A stretch of DNA of 55,792 bases, filler included, from Platydemus manokwari (lineage: Eukaryota), in assembly GCA_037951405.1 (NCBI GenBank). It is 5 parts of 5 records of this genome, joined end to end, with 100 filler letters (N's around TTAATTAATTAA, not from the genome) between each part and the next. Parts side by side here need not be neighbours in the genome. Positions count along the whole stretch, not along the records: positions 14,693 to 27,065 come from JBBMOY010165565.1; positions 27,166 to 36,448 come from JBBMOY011271984.1; 3 more parts are not named here. One strand, written 5' to 3'. The notes beneath the pieces were generated by a model that worked only from the letters and a program-made list of their open reading frames with translations, was not told where the DNA came from and ran no database searches. Below are positions 24,772 to 36,548 of this stretch, one piece after another (within the stretch, counting starts at the first letter, position 1; each line of letters opens with the position of its first letter). The position numbers were made by a program, and so were the translations under genes.

Positions 24772-27065
24772 TACTTATTCTTAAATTAAAAATCAATATT
24801 TAAACAATTTTTATTTTAAATGCCAGCTTTGCAATTATTTGTGAAGAAAATTTTTCCTACTTTCCAGATACTGTTTTGTAAAAAACAATTTATTTAATTT
24901 CTAATAAAAATGTTTTTCGATTTTAGTTATAGTGCCAAGTTTAAATTTTAAGGTCATTATTTGTTGAAACACAATGAATATATTCTATCATGTATATGGT
25001 ATGACAATCTACAAATGCTATTTATATGGTATTCCCGAGTAGTTTCACTAAGTATAACTATTTTTTGACGATTTGTACTGTACGAGTGCTCTTTAAGTTA
25101 GTTAGACCAGGAGAGGACAAATCACAATACAAGACCCAAAACACAAAATGCTACTGCAAGTATGGATTTTATTTAATTTCCTCCTAATTAAATTTAATAT
25201 TTTTAATTTTCAACTTGCGACAGAGATTATTATTCATTCTTGTATATGATGTTATTACTCATTGATGTTTTACCTATTATAATATCACTATTTTGTTAAT
25301 AAAAGATAATTAATAAATAGATAAATATTTGGATTTCGCTTTATTATAAATATTTTTTTTTATTTTCGTATCTATTGATTATATCATTCATATTTACTTA
25401 TATCATTAACTGGATTAATATTGTAAAATTTTTCAAATTTGTACATATTTTGCAATAATCGCTACTAAACTAAGCGAAAAATAATAAATGTGAAAAGTTA
25501 ATGTGAAACATCATTGATAATAAGAAATTAAGCTACATAATATAAATACTTAAACTATAATGCAATAATTAAAAGTTGAGGCACAAGACAGTAAAATCTA
25601 TTTCTTGATTAGAATAATACATTTTATTAATTAGCAAATAATTCACGACTAAATTCTGGAAGTACAGTACCCATAAGGGAATTATAAAGGGTATACCGTC
25701 TAGGTTAATGGACAAACGTCTCAATAAAAATAAAAGTGAGAGGACAAAAGCGAGTTCCTTATAATAGTTTAGCAAACCATAAGATTAGAAATAGCTGTAG
25801 GTCTAAGATTAATTTTAATGACAAAAACCAAAAATTTGCCCATGTTTGTATAAAATTCTTGAGAACTTCTTCTCACAGAACGAGTAATACTTTGAAATAG
25901 ATTTATTTTTCGATTAACTGGTAGTAAATATGACGGATAATTTATTGACAGGATTTGTATAAGTTAACTTCACGCTGATAAAAATGTATGCGATTCAAAC
26001 TTTTGTGCGAAGAGTGAAAAATTTCACTCGTTTACATCCTATTTTATGTGATAAAATGCTTGAATTTGTGCACATTGAAACACCTGCTAATAAATTTGGT
26101 GACGTCTACATGGCAGTACTAAATATAGTATTGTATATATATATATTTGTATATATATAGTTTTTTAATAAAAATCCCTTAGAGATGACTAATTTCAAAT
26201 GTATAAATAATAAAATAGTTAAAATTCAAAATAATAATCAAAAATATAGCATTATAAATACTAAAATAGAAATAAATAAACGAAGATAATGAAAATAGCT
26301 AGTAAAATATAAATGAGACCGAAATAGTAATAATAAAGCTTCAAAATTACCTAAAAATAATAATGACTATAACAAATGAGAATAATTAATATAAATACGG
26401 CAACCTGATTACAAGGTTTGCCCGAGTTAATAAGAATTTACATTTTATGAGAAGAAAAATGTTGACCACATTGACCAACGCGACTCAATTAATTCTGTCG
26501 ATTGAATTAATTATCGAAATTTAATAATCGAAAACTTAACAAGTTGGAAAACACCAAAAGACAGATTACACAGAATTAATTGTCTATTTGAAGGCATTGT
26601 TTAAAACTACTTAGTTGGATATATAAACGCGAAGTTCTAAATACTCTCAGAAAATGTTTATTATTGAGTAAAGAAAGTCCATTATCGAAGAAATTAGAGT
26701 CAAATTTATTTTATATATTCTGATTAACTAGTAATTCTTATTGTTATTCCAATAAATTGTACCGACTGCAATCTCACCACTTCTATCTAATTCTTTCAAG
26801 AAAGAGCTGTGACTCCTTCTAACGTAAGCATTTCAATATTTCCTGACGTAAACAGTAGCATTACTTAAAAATTTTAACTTAAAGCATTATTATTAATTGG
26901 AATAATTTTTAATATCATTAGTTTTTAATTGATTAAATACCTCTATACATTTAAACATTTTTAGACTGAACCTAGTTCAACTAGAAATTAAAATAAAAAC
27001 TCTAAAATCTAAAATCCTATTACTAATTAAGTTCAGTGAATAAATTACTTTTGAGGGATCCTACT

Positions 27066-27165
27066 NNNNNNNNNNNNNNNNNNNNNNNNNNNNNNNNNNN
27101 NNNNNNNNNTTAATTAATTAANNNNNNNNNNNNNNNNNNNNNNNNNNNNNNNNNNNNNNNNNNNN
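27066..27165. other. Assembly linker N44-TTAATTAATTAA-N44
   Basis: Same cassette as 14593-14692. Confidence 0.97.
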
Positions 27166-27230
<65 letters not shown>

Positions 27231-27350
27231 GTGGTAATAATAGTAACAGTAATAATACTAAAAATAATAATTGTGAAAATAATAATAATAATAATACCAA
27301 TAATAATGACGTTAATAATAACAACACTAGTAATTATAATAACAGCAATA
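27166..27350. repeat. (TAA)n microsatellite decaying into a degenerate trinucleotide tract
   Basis: Perfect TAA to about 27229, then interrupted. Confidence 0.9.
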
Positions 27351-30300
27351 TTTTATTTTTTTGGAACCCCGTACCTTTTTTTTCTATGTTCAGTCATATA
27401 TCTATTACTTTGCGAACTTCTTTTACTGACTTGTAGTTTAATTTTCTCAGGAAGATTCCAGTACTACTATACATTAATGTGTAGGGATTTATGCTGTTTT
27501 TCCACCAAAATTCATAGAAATTCTCCTCAATTTTGACTTCTCTTTAACTGCTTTTATACAGTTTCTTATACATCAATTAAATAAACTGGTAAAAATGCTA
27601 ATGGGCATACGCGGGTGTCATTATACTACTTTTAAATATTATTTAATGATAAAAGTAGTAAAGATCATGAAAGAATTTCGCTGCCATGATTATTATGCTT
27701 TAATCTATATCTTGGAAAAAGTGCATCATAATAGACCTTCAGTTCTGGAAAAGTTTCAAACTGTTTTTTTTATAAATTTATGGAATAGTGTTTTAATCGA
27801 ATAATAATAATATTTGAAAATAAAACTAATGACAATAGACATAATAAAATTAATAATAACCACCTTACAAATGATAATATAACTATATATACTGAAAATA
27901 AACTAATTATTATAACTAAATTTATATGGCACTAACTAAAAATTCTAATATTTTATTATTATATCGTTTTGTTTTTCATCTCCCGAAATAAATTTACAAA
28001 TTCTTTGAAATTAACATTCAACGAAATTTATCGATTGGAAAAATTCCCATCACTGATTGTAGCTTGATCTGTAAATGGAGTAAATGCTAAAAGAAAGCAA
28101 TCGAATGATAAAAGTGAAATATAAATATCGATATCTTTCATCATTGGCCATATTATTAATTGGAATATCGTGTCGTGCACTTAAATATTTCTTCAACCAA
28201 TAAATAAATCAAAATAGTTCCATTTAAGTGAGTCTAGATAGAAATGATCTCCTATTGCAAGCTGGCCGACCGTTAAGCACATAAAACCAACGATTACAGG
28301 TAGCATCCATACTCCATAAGCAAACATTGCCGATTTGTTAAATCAAGATATTGTTGATGACATTTTATTGCCGAAATCAATTTACAATGACCATTAAAGA
28401 ATTTCCTGCTACATTTTCTGAAATGTTAGAGTGAAAATCGCTGGTCGAGTGGAAATTTTGTACGAAAAAATCAATACTTAAATTTCAAAGATTAAAATCA
28501 AACGATGGCAAATATCAAAACATCAGAAATTGGTCTGTTTTGCTAATTCTTCTTCAGCTTGAATATATGCCATTGGATTCCTAGATTCTTGTTAAATATC
28601 TCATATTCTTTTCTTTATTTTTATATTTTAAATACTTCTCGAGATATTAATGAATTTGAAAATTTTGTTTTGAGAAAATTGTGGTTATTTGTTTCAATAA
28701 ATTATTAAAAGGCAATGTTTCTTTTTAAGTAAGACAATATCATTTATACGAAGCAAAACTAACTTTTAAAATTCATTCTTTTGAATGAGCAATGATGGTT
28801 TCAAAAAGAATATTTATTTTTTGAAGTATATTAAAAGGGTAATTGTTTCCATACTTATCGAATCTGGACTATATCATACTAATGATTTTAATATGACTAT
28901 CTGAATGCCGCTTTAAATTACAATGGTTTATCCATAAAATTAAAATGAATTCAAGAAACAAAGCAAAATTTTTTTGCTTTTATAACATTTGCAGACTTCC
29001 TGGATCAGTGCGTTCCGAATTTTCACTTGTTATTGGTTATTAAAATATAGGTAATGATGGGACAGATCCCATTCCAATAAGCAAATTGCAAATAATTATA
29101 TTAAAAAGAATTTAAGAATAATCTAAAAATAGAATCAATGATAAAAAGCAATGACAAGCATAATAAAAATCCATAAATGAACGTTGTGAGAATCTTTAAT
29201 TGAATTAAATTGTTAAAAATTTAATTCAGATTTTATATAAAATTATATTAATTTGTTAATATCATTGTATTTGAATACATAATTTGATGTCGTGACTTTT
29301 CAGTTCGTTTTCAATGCGTTATTTATAAAACAGTAGCGATTTACAATCATAATGAATAGTTATAACTAAAAATAGAAGTATTAAAAAATACCAAAAATAG
29401 AAAAACAAATGATAAAAAAGAAGACATAGAAAAATGAAATTAACAAATACGGAAACGTTCATTATATTATTAATTGGTCATTATTTCGACTTGTCAATCA
29501 AGGTGTTATTTTTCATATAAAGCGACGGATCGATAAAACTAGGAAATTACAAGACAATGAAATAAATTCAATCTACAGTAGGACAAATCAGGAATTAAAC
29601 GCATTAAATACGTGAAAATTTTTATAATAGCAAATATTTTTCTTATGAAGAACATAAATAAAAAATTACGAATTAATTAATTCACATTAATTTGTCACAA
29701 GAACATTTAGTTATTTCGATCTTTCATGTTTTGGTCCGAAAGCAGTAATAAATATTTTTACAAGTTTAATTATCACTAAATTTATTTTGTTCTTTTATCT
29801 TAATAATATTTTTCATATAGATTTCTTTAGTTTGATTCGACATCTACTAAAAGTTTCAAATCAATAAAGTTAAAGAAATATATTCTAAAAATTCAGCGAC
29901 AACTCATGCCTGCGAAGACATTAACTGTAGCCACATTCAAATCGTGAGGAGAGTTTCGGAATCTTGAGAACATTCACAATAATCTCTTGTCGAATTTAAC
30001 ACTAAATACACCAGTGGTATTTTCTCTCTTTAATTTTGTGCAGTTCTCTAGCAATACTTTGTCAGTCAATGACAGTGTCATCGGCTTCTTCTCATTGCGG
30101 ATCTATCTTTCATTTATTTGAATAAAGACTCTCATTAGCAGAGATATAAACTTTCTGCATAGTGATCGAAAGTTTCCTGTCTTAAGGGACCTGATTTTGT
30201 CTTGAACAAAACATAATTAAGAAGAACTACTTCATATACCAAGGATCTCTAGGGTTCGAAATTTCAGGAATGTTAAACCAAAATTTGTGACTCATTACCA

Positions 30301-32043
30301 TTCATTTTATTATTATTTTATCTTTAGAGAAGAACTCACAGGGACTCTATGATAATAATGAAGATATAGAAAAACCCTGGTTATTTGTTTATAAATTGTT
30401 ACTTTATAACTTATTTCTTTATTCATTATTGCAATATAAATTTAAAATGAATCTCTTATCATTGAAATTGTCTTATATCAATTAAATTTTATTGAATATT
30501 GAATTATCTATTATCATTTATTTTTATTTTAAAAATTTAAGTTAATTCCATACTACTGCAAATATTCTTTTAATCAGATTATAAATAAAGTTTACCCACA
30601 CATACGAAAACCTAACAGTACATCATTTTCCTTTGTAAATTTGAATTTTTATTTTAATTTTAGTAGTGAAAGTGATTGCACCCAGAATATCCTGAAAGAA
30701 CCAAAATTTAATATTTTTAAAAATGAGTTTTAAATTTTTCAGTAAAATTTTCTTGCGTAATTTTTTTAATTTTTATTTTTCCAACGAGTCGAAAACCTCG
30801 AGATTACACAAGAAACCAATAAATTTAATAACAAACTTTTATTATTTTTTGTATTGTTATTCATAAGGCTAGTAAAATTTAATTCATAAAAAATAAAAGA
30901 TTAAAACACTTAACTAGAAATTAGGAAAATAAATTAAACATCCATGACAACATGCAAAATATCGTGAAGATATCATAAATATCATAAGAAATTCGCAGAA
31001 AACTTAGGCTAAAGTAATCATCCGGTGATAATTTAATATTGTTAGAAACTTAAGTGTAAATAACCAGAAATTTTAGACAGATATGGCACTAAATTTTGTC
31101 ACATTTAGATTATCTCAACGACTATTGCTAATAGTATTTCAACCGATTATATCACTAAAAACTTATCCGTCAATGGTTCTATAATATTTGTGATATATCA
31201 TTTAAGTGCCAAAAATCTTTAGCATTTAATTATTCAAATTATTGATAACTATTGGAAATTTCATCATGCAGAATAATATTCAATTGTAATATTCAGAAAA
31301 TAGAAAAATTTATACTCATTCTTTCCAAATCTGTTAACCTTAACATCTCTTCCTTAACTTTAAAAAGAACTCAAATATCATTGGCTTCCATTTATGCACT
31401 TTTGTATCATGCTAACTTCGTGACACAACATTCTATATAAACCCAAAGTCATTGTAGATTTGTTATTTTGATTTATTTATCTTGATGTGCTTGGTAGAAA
31501 TTTAATATAAAGGTTGTTGGTTCAATAATTTACTTATTTACCAAATCATATTATTTAACCTCAATCATTTCTAATGAACCTATTTTATTAGAAGTTTCCA
31601 ATCGTGGTTGAATGATGAGTTGTTTTTTAAACTTGTAAATACACTAAATTTGACATACATACAGGTGATACATGCATCTGACAAGCGTGTTTAGCATGTC
31701 AAAAATCTCAATCGCTTTGATAAAAATATTTTTCCTTATTAGGTCCTCCAAATGCTGACTAACTTTGGATCCAGTTGCTAAAAAATCAACTTCTGATGAG
31801 CAGCAAATACAATTCTGGTTGCAAATCTAAAACATTTTTAAATAATACGAACTTAAAATATACTTTCAAAGACAAATATAAATTTTTATTTTAAATTTTA
31901 AAAGTAAAAATTATACGATCTATTTCAATTCAAACGGTCTATTTAATTTCTTAAACTAACAAATTTAAGATTGATATTGTTTGTAAAATTAATTGTTTTA
32001 ATATTTTTAACAAAATTGTAATTTTAAATTTTTTCTTTTATCA

Positions 32044-34522
32044 ATGTCAAATTCAAGTCCTGATTTTCGTTAGTTATTTTATTAACAATCAAATTATTTT
32101 TGTTTAATTCTTAAATTAGGAGGTGATGGATCTACGTTAAGTATTGAAGAAACTAAGTAATATATTTTAAGACTGATTTAATATTGATTATGTACTTTAT
32201 AGTAAATTACGTATTCAGTTGGGTTTAAAGCCTTTAGAAGAAACTGCAAATGAAGAATCAGCTCCAAATAGCTCTGGTATTAATGTTTGTAATTTTTGTA
32301 ATTTTTAATTGAGTAATAATATTTGCTTAAGAACCTCCGAAAACCGAAAATTTCGTTCATCGACCGGCAACGAACTTGGGTGACATTAAGACTAAAGAAA
32401 ACCTAGAAAGAAAACTCCGTATTCGTCGTGAATCTCGTGAAAGGAACGAGTTCTTGTCTTTGGAAAAGTCTTTAGGTGAAGAACCAGTAGAGTCGACTGA
32501 AAATTTTATTCAGCGAATCAAACAAAAAAAGATAGAATCTGATGAAAGAAAAGCTAAAAACATTGAAAATGGTGATAATGATCACGAAGATTCAGATCGG
32601 CATACTGAAAAACCTTTATACGGATCTAAAGATTTATCAGGGATTTCTATTGAGCACAAAGCCAGTCGATTTAGTTTAGCTGGGCCTACAATTTTAACAT
32701 TGAAAGATAAAAGTGAGTTTTTTATCGACGAAATTTTTGTTTAGACTTTCTTGTGTAGATATTTTGGATGATGAAAACGATGACATTCTGGTAAATGTGA
32801 ACATTGTCGACGAAGAAGCAGCGGAGAAAAATGTAAAAAATAAAAAAATGGGTGTTTATGGAGCGTACATTGATTCAGGAGATGAAGATGACCCTTTATC
32901 GTCCTTGAAACCACAAAGTATTTTGCCGAAATACGATGAAGTAATTGGTGAAACTAAACGAAATCGCTTCGTTCTTGATTCGAGAGGAAAGTACGATATG
33001 GGTCAGGAAAGAGCGGAAGATGAAATGAGGAAGAGTTTTTTCAGTGGAAAGGTATATATTTGATAATATCCATTTATTATTTGATTGTCAATATTTCATT
33101 CGATATTCAGTCACAAGTTTACTTTAATGACGAAACACGAGTTGCCAGCGATTATTATACGGAATCGGAGGTTAGAGATCGCTTTAAAATGAAGAAACGA
33201 AAAGCTCGTGGAGTGAGATCGAGTAAACCGGTTCCAGTGAAAACTGAAACTGTTGAAAAGGAGTTGATCAAACCGAAAAAAGAGGAGGGCGAGTTGGCAG
33301 AAGACGAAGTGAACAAAAAACAAGCATCGAAATTGGAAAAAGTAGCGAAAAATTTGGAAATGAATTTCTCCAGCGACGATGACGATTTTCGACCTGCTTT
33401 GGTACTTCCAGAAATCGAATCGACAACGGTCAATGAAGAATTGAAACGCAAAATCGAATTAATGAAGAAATCTCAAACAAAAGTCCATGCCGAACGACGA
33501 ATCACTGAAGAGGAAATCAAAACCGAACAGTCGGCACCGAAAATCGTTCTCACAACAACCGAAGAATACACGAAATCAATTTTTAGTTGTCTCCAATCCA
33601 AGAGGAAAGCCGATGCTGAAGTGGCAACACATGTTAAAGAAGAACCAGTCGTCAAACCGGTCCCAGTTGTGGCAAAGAAAGAAGAGATCAAAGAGGAAGA
33701 GCCAGGTAAATGTTGATAAAAATTGATCGATTATATCATATTTCCAGTTCAATCCAGTGGATGGCAACCAGAAGAAAAGATTTTATCGCTTCCTCCACAA
33801 CCAGCTAAAAAGAAAAGAAATTTCCGAGAACCTCCAGTGATGCCACAGGCAAAGAAAAAATTGAAACTCACTGACGGTGTGCTGGGAGATGAAGTGCAAA
33901 TCAATTCTGGCATTTATTCCACCATGTTATTGGCAAAGAATAAGGGTTATTTAGATGAGAATAAATCTGTTCCGGTATTTATAATGATTATCCATTATTG
34001 GCGTTGTTTTTGACCTTTTATCTGCTCTTCTAGTTGATTTCCAATCCTAAAAATCAAATGCTTCGAGCCCAACATTATCAGGAGGAAAAGATTCGATATG
34101 ATGATATCGATCAGAAATGTCCCCGTCGGGAAAGGCGCAATTTGCCAGAATCATCATTTCAAGATAAACAGAATTTCACTCCAGATATCAAGCTTGATTA
34201 TCATGACGATTTCGGTCGACCACAACCACCGAAAGAGGCATTCAGATCATTGAGTCACCGTTTCCATGGTAAAACATCGGGCAAAATCAAATCAGAAAAA
34301 CGATCCAAGAAAATGCAGGAGCAATCCAAGATCAGTAGTAGTATTGGAGAAAAGGAAATGAAGAGCGTCACAAAAATGCACAGCAAAATGAAGAGCGAAA
34401 ACAGATATTGTGTTCCTCTCAGTGGCAAGAATTCGGTTATACCAGCTGCGATGTTTGTTTTTTAATTAATTATTTAATTAATTAATTAATTTTATTTCAG
34501 AAAGAAGAGCGAGAAGAAATAA
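32044..34522 (+). CDS. SART1: SART1/SNU66 U4/U6.U5 tri-snRNP protein, multi-exon
   Basis: Spliced N-terminus has the HIND motif TLSIEETNKLRIQLGLKPLE. Also DLSG..IEH, ILTLKDK.ILD, LVNVN, ILPKYDE, ASDYYT, KGYL and PDIKLDY.DD.GR..PKEAFRSLSHRFHGKTSGK.K.EKR. The last intron is probably 34454-34500, giving ..IKKSEKK*. Confidence 0.94.
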
Positions 34523-34759
34523 TAATTTTTGTCTTTAAGTGTTTAAATACATACATTTATTATTGTTTTTTGCTTTTGATTTCATTTGTAAATGTTTTAC
34601 CAAACGAGGTTTATTATGGATTTGTTATTTGATTATTGTTTGAGTTGATATTTGATTTTGCCAGATCAGTAATTTATTTGTTATTATTCTATTATTCACA
34701 TTTTTAACAAGTGAAATTGTTAAACATTTATCAAATTAAAGCTTTTATATCAATTAGTG

Positions 34760-34864
34760 CAGAGGTGGCCAACTTATGTGTACGTAAGATCGACTTTTCG
34801 TTTGAATAACATCTCACGCGACCGACTAAAATTGGCTTCAAGATCGACCGGTTGGCCACCCCTG
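34760..34864. mobile_element. 105-bp hAT-type MITE
   Basis: TIRs CAGAGGTGGCCAAC / GTTGGCCACCCCTG (13/14 match). Perfect 8-bp TSD AATTAGTG at 34752-34759 and 34865-34872. Confidence 0.92.
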
Positions 34865-35548
34865 AATTAGTGTATGTTTTTTGAGGTAAATCTTTATTTT
34901 TTATTTAAGCGGTATCATTAATATTGTTTAAATTCTTTATCTGAATATTTATATTAGAAATTATAATAAATTTAAATATGCTATAAAATAACCACATTGA
35001 TAACTGCTATTTCTCTTTTAATAATAAATTAAAGTTATAACTTACCACATTATGTAAGAAATTGGAATAAAATGGAATACCGTTTGGTTTTAGGATATGT
35101 TTCCAGAAAACTAAATTGATGTGTCATTAATTAACTTTTAAAATTAACAATCAGCCTTATGGAAACTATTATTTGAATATTTCTATTGATCGCAAAATCA
35201 ATAGCAAGAAACATTCTCAAACAATTGAAAACTTTAATTTATTTCTAAAATATTTTTATAGAATATTTATAACTTTAATTAATAATTTGAATTATCAGAC
35301 AAGTGAAAATTAACTTGTACAATTGATAAAGCAAAACAAATTTGATATGAAAACCACCTAACCTAAGAATTTGTGATACGGATTCTCAAATATGCCCCAC
35401 AAGGTTTATACTTCAGTGATTGTCGACATTTTGAGTTTAATTGTTTTTGTAATAGTATTATAATTTTTTTATTTGAGATTAAAAATATAATTTTAATCGA
35501 AGAAACTACTTATAATTATAAGTAGATACGGTGGTCATTTAGTATACA

Positions 35549-35561
35549 GTTTCTAAGCAAC
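35549..35561. promoter_or_regulatory. Candidate RFX X-box GTTTCTAAGCAAC
   Basis: Matches the X-box pattern (GTT half-site / GCAAC half-site) and ends 22 bp upstream of the ATG of the C7orf57-like gene. Confidence 0.5.
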
Positions 35562-35583
35562 TTTAAGGCAGAATTTTAAAACA

Positions 35584-36284
35584 ATGGCTACTAAGGTTAA
35601 TGTCAAAGATATTGGATGGATGTATCATACTCCCGTAAAGGCTAAACCAAGAAATGATGAACACCAAGTTGCTATACTTTCCCAGATACCTTTGTTAAGT
35701 GCAGCAGAAATTGAAGATCCAAATTTAGCAAACAAGCAAGCCAGTTACATAAAGCCAACAGATTCAAATTATATTGCACTTTGTAAAATGGGTGGTCGCA
35801 AAAATCTTTTATCGATGAAAGAACCAACAAAGCAGAGTGATGTTATTGTATCGTATCCACGATGTGATTGGTTTTATTTGCTTGATAATCAATTGGAGTA
35901 TGATCAAAATAATTCAAACAAATTAGATTATAAAGCCCAAGTTCCGGATTATATGGTTCATGATGTTTATGAGAAAAAACCGAAACCAGTTCAAAATATT
36001 CAAATTAACATAGACGAAAATCCTCCAAATCATAAAACTCCATCCAAGAAAAGTAAGGCCAGTAGGAGCCAGCAAAAATCTAAATTAAATTGTGCAAAGT
36101 CAACAAATATAGTTGCAAAGGGTGGAGAGATGCAAAATGGAAAAGTTGTTAAGGTTGATATTTAATTTTTATTAATAATTTTGATATAATCGCTTGTTTT
36201 TAGAAACATGTACAAGCCGATGAGCCCGTAGATATGTTCAAACTTCTCTCCTATGGATACACAACAAAAAAGATTACAAGTTAA
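35584..36284 (+). CDS. C7orf57-like (DUF5524) protein; two exons, 35584-36153 and 36204-36284
   Basis: W.YH.PVK, SQIP.L, IKPTDSNYIALCKMGGRKNLL (cf. [21 protein letters not shown]), PDYMVH, and second-exon VDMFKLLSYGY (cf. FSKL.S.GY). Intron is 50 nt, GT-AG. Confidence 0.82.
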
Positions 36285-36448
36285 TTATCAAACAATTTTA
36301 TGAAACACTTATTTTTCTCAAAATAAAACTAGTTTTTAAATTCGAAATAAATTGAAATTATCTACTTTCAATTATTAGTAGATAACAATCAAATTTAAAT
36401 ATCAACAGTCTCATTTTCATAGTGTAGAAGCAGACTTTAAAACATTTA

Positions 36449-36548
36449 NNNNNNNNNNNNNNNNNNNNNNNNNNNNNNNNNNNNNNNNNNNNTTAATTAA
36501 TTAANNNNNNNNNNNNNNNNNNNNNNNNNNNNNNNNNNNNNNNNNNNN
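36449..36548. other. Assembly linker N44-TTAATTAATTAA-N44
   Basis: Same cassette. Confidence 0.97.

Noticed and set aside
27118-27536. Poly-Leu/poly-Ile membrane-like ORFs (also 14637-14822)
   Set aside because: These are translations of (TAA)n microsatellites.
30250-30265. GGTTCGAA tRNA T-loop-like motif
   Set aside because: No cloverleaf stems or A-box could be formed around it.
28250-30290. Faint retroelement-like peptides (ANIADLL near 28325; LTVATF near 29925)
   Set aside because: Motifs are too short and isolated to support a call without a profile search.
33111-33767. Antisense ORFs over SART1 (and similar ones over SDA1 and the GPCR)
   Set aside because: Shadow frames of real coding exons, with no motifs of their own.
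20753-34522. AAR2 and SART1 as a spliceosomal gene cluster
   Set aside because: They are separated by an artificial linker and about 10 kb; physical linkage is unproven and could be chance.
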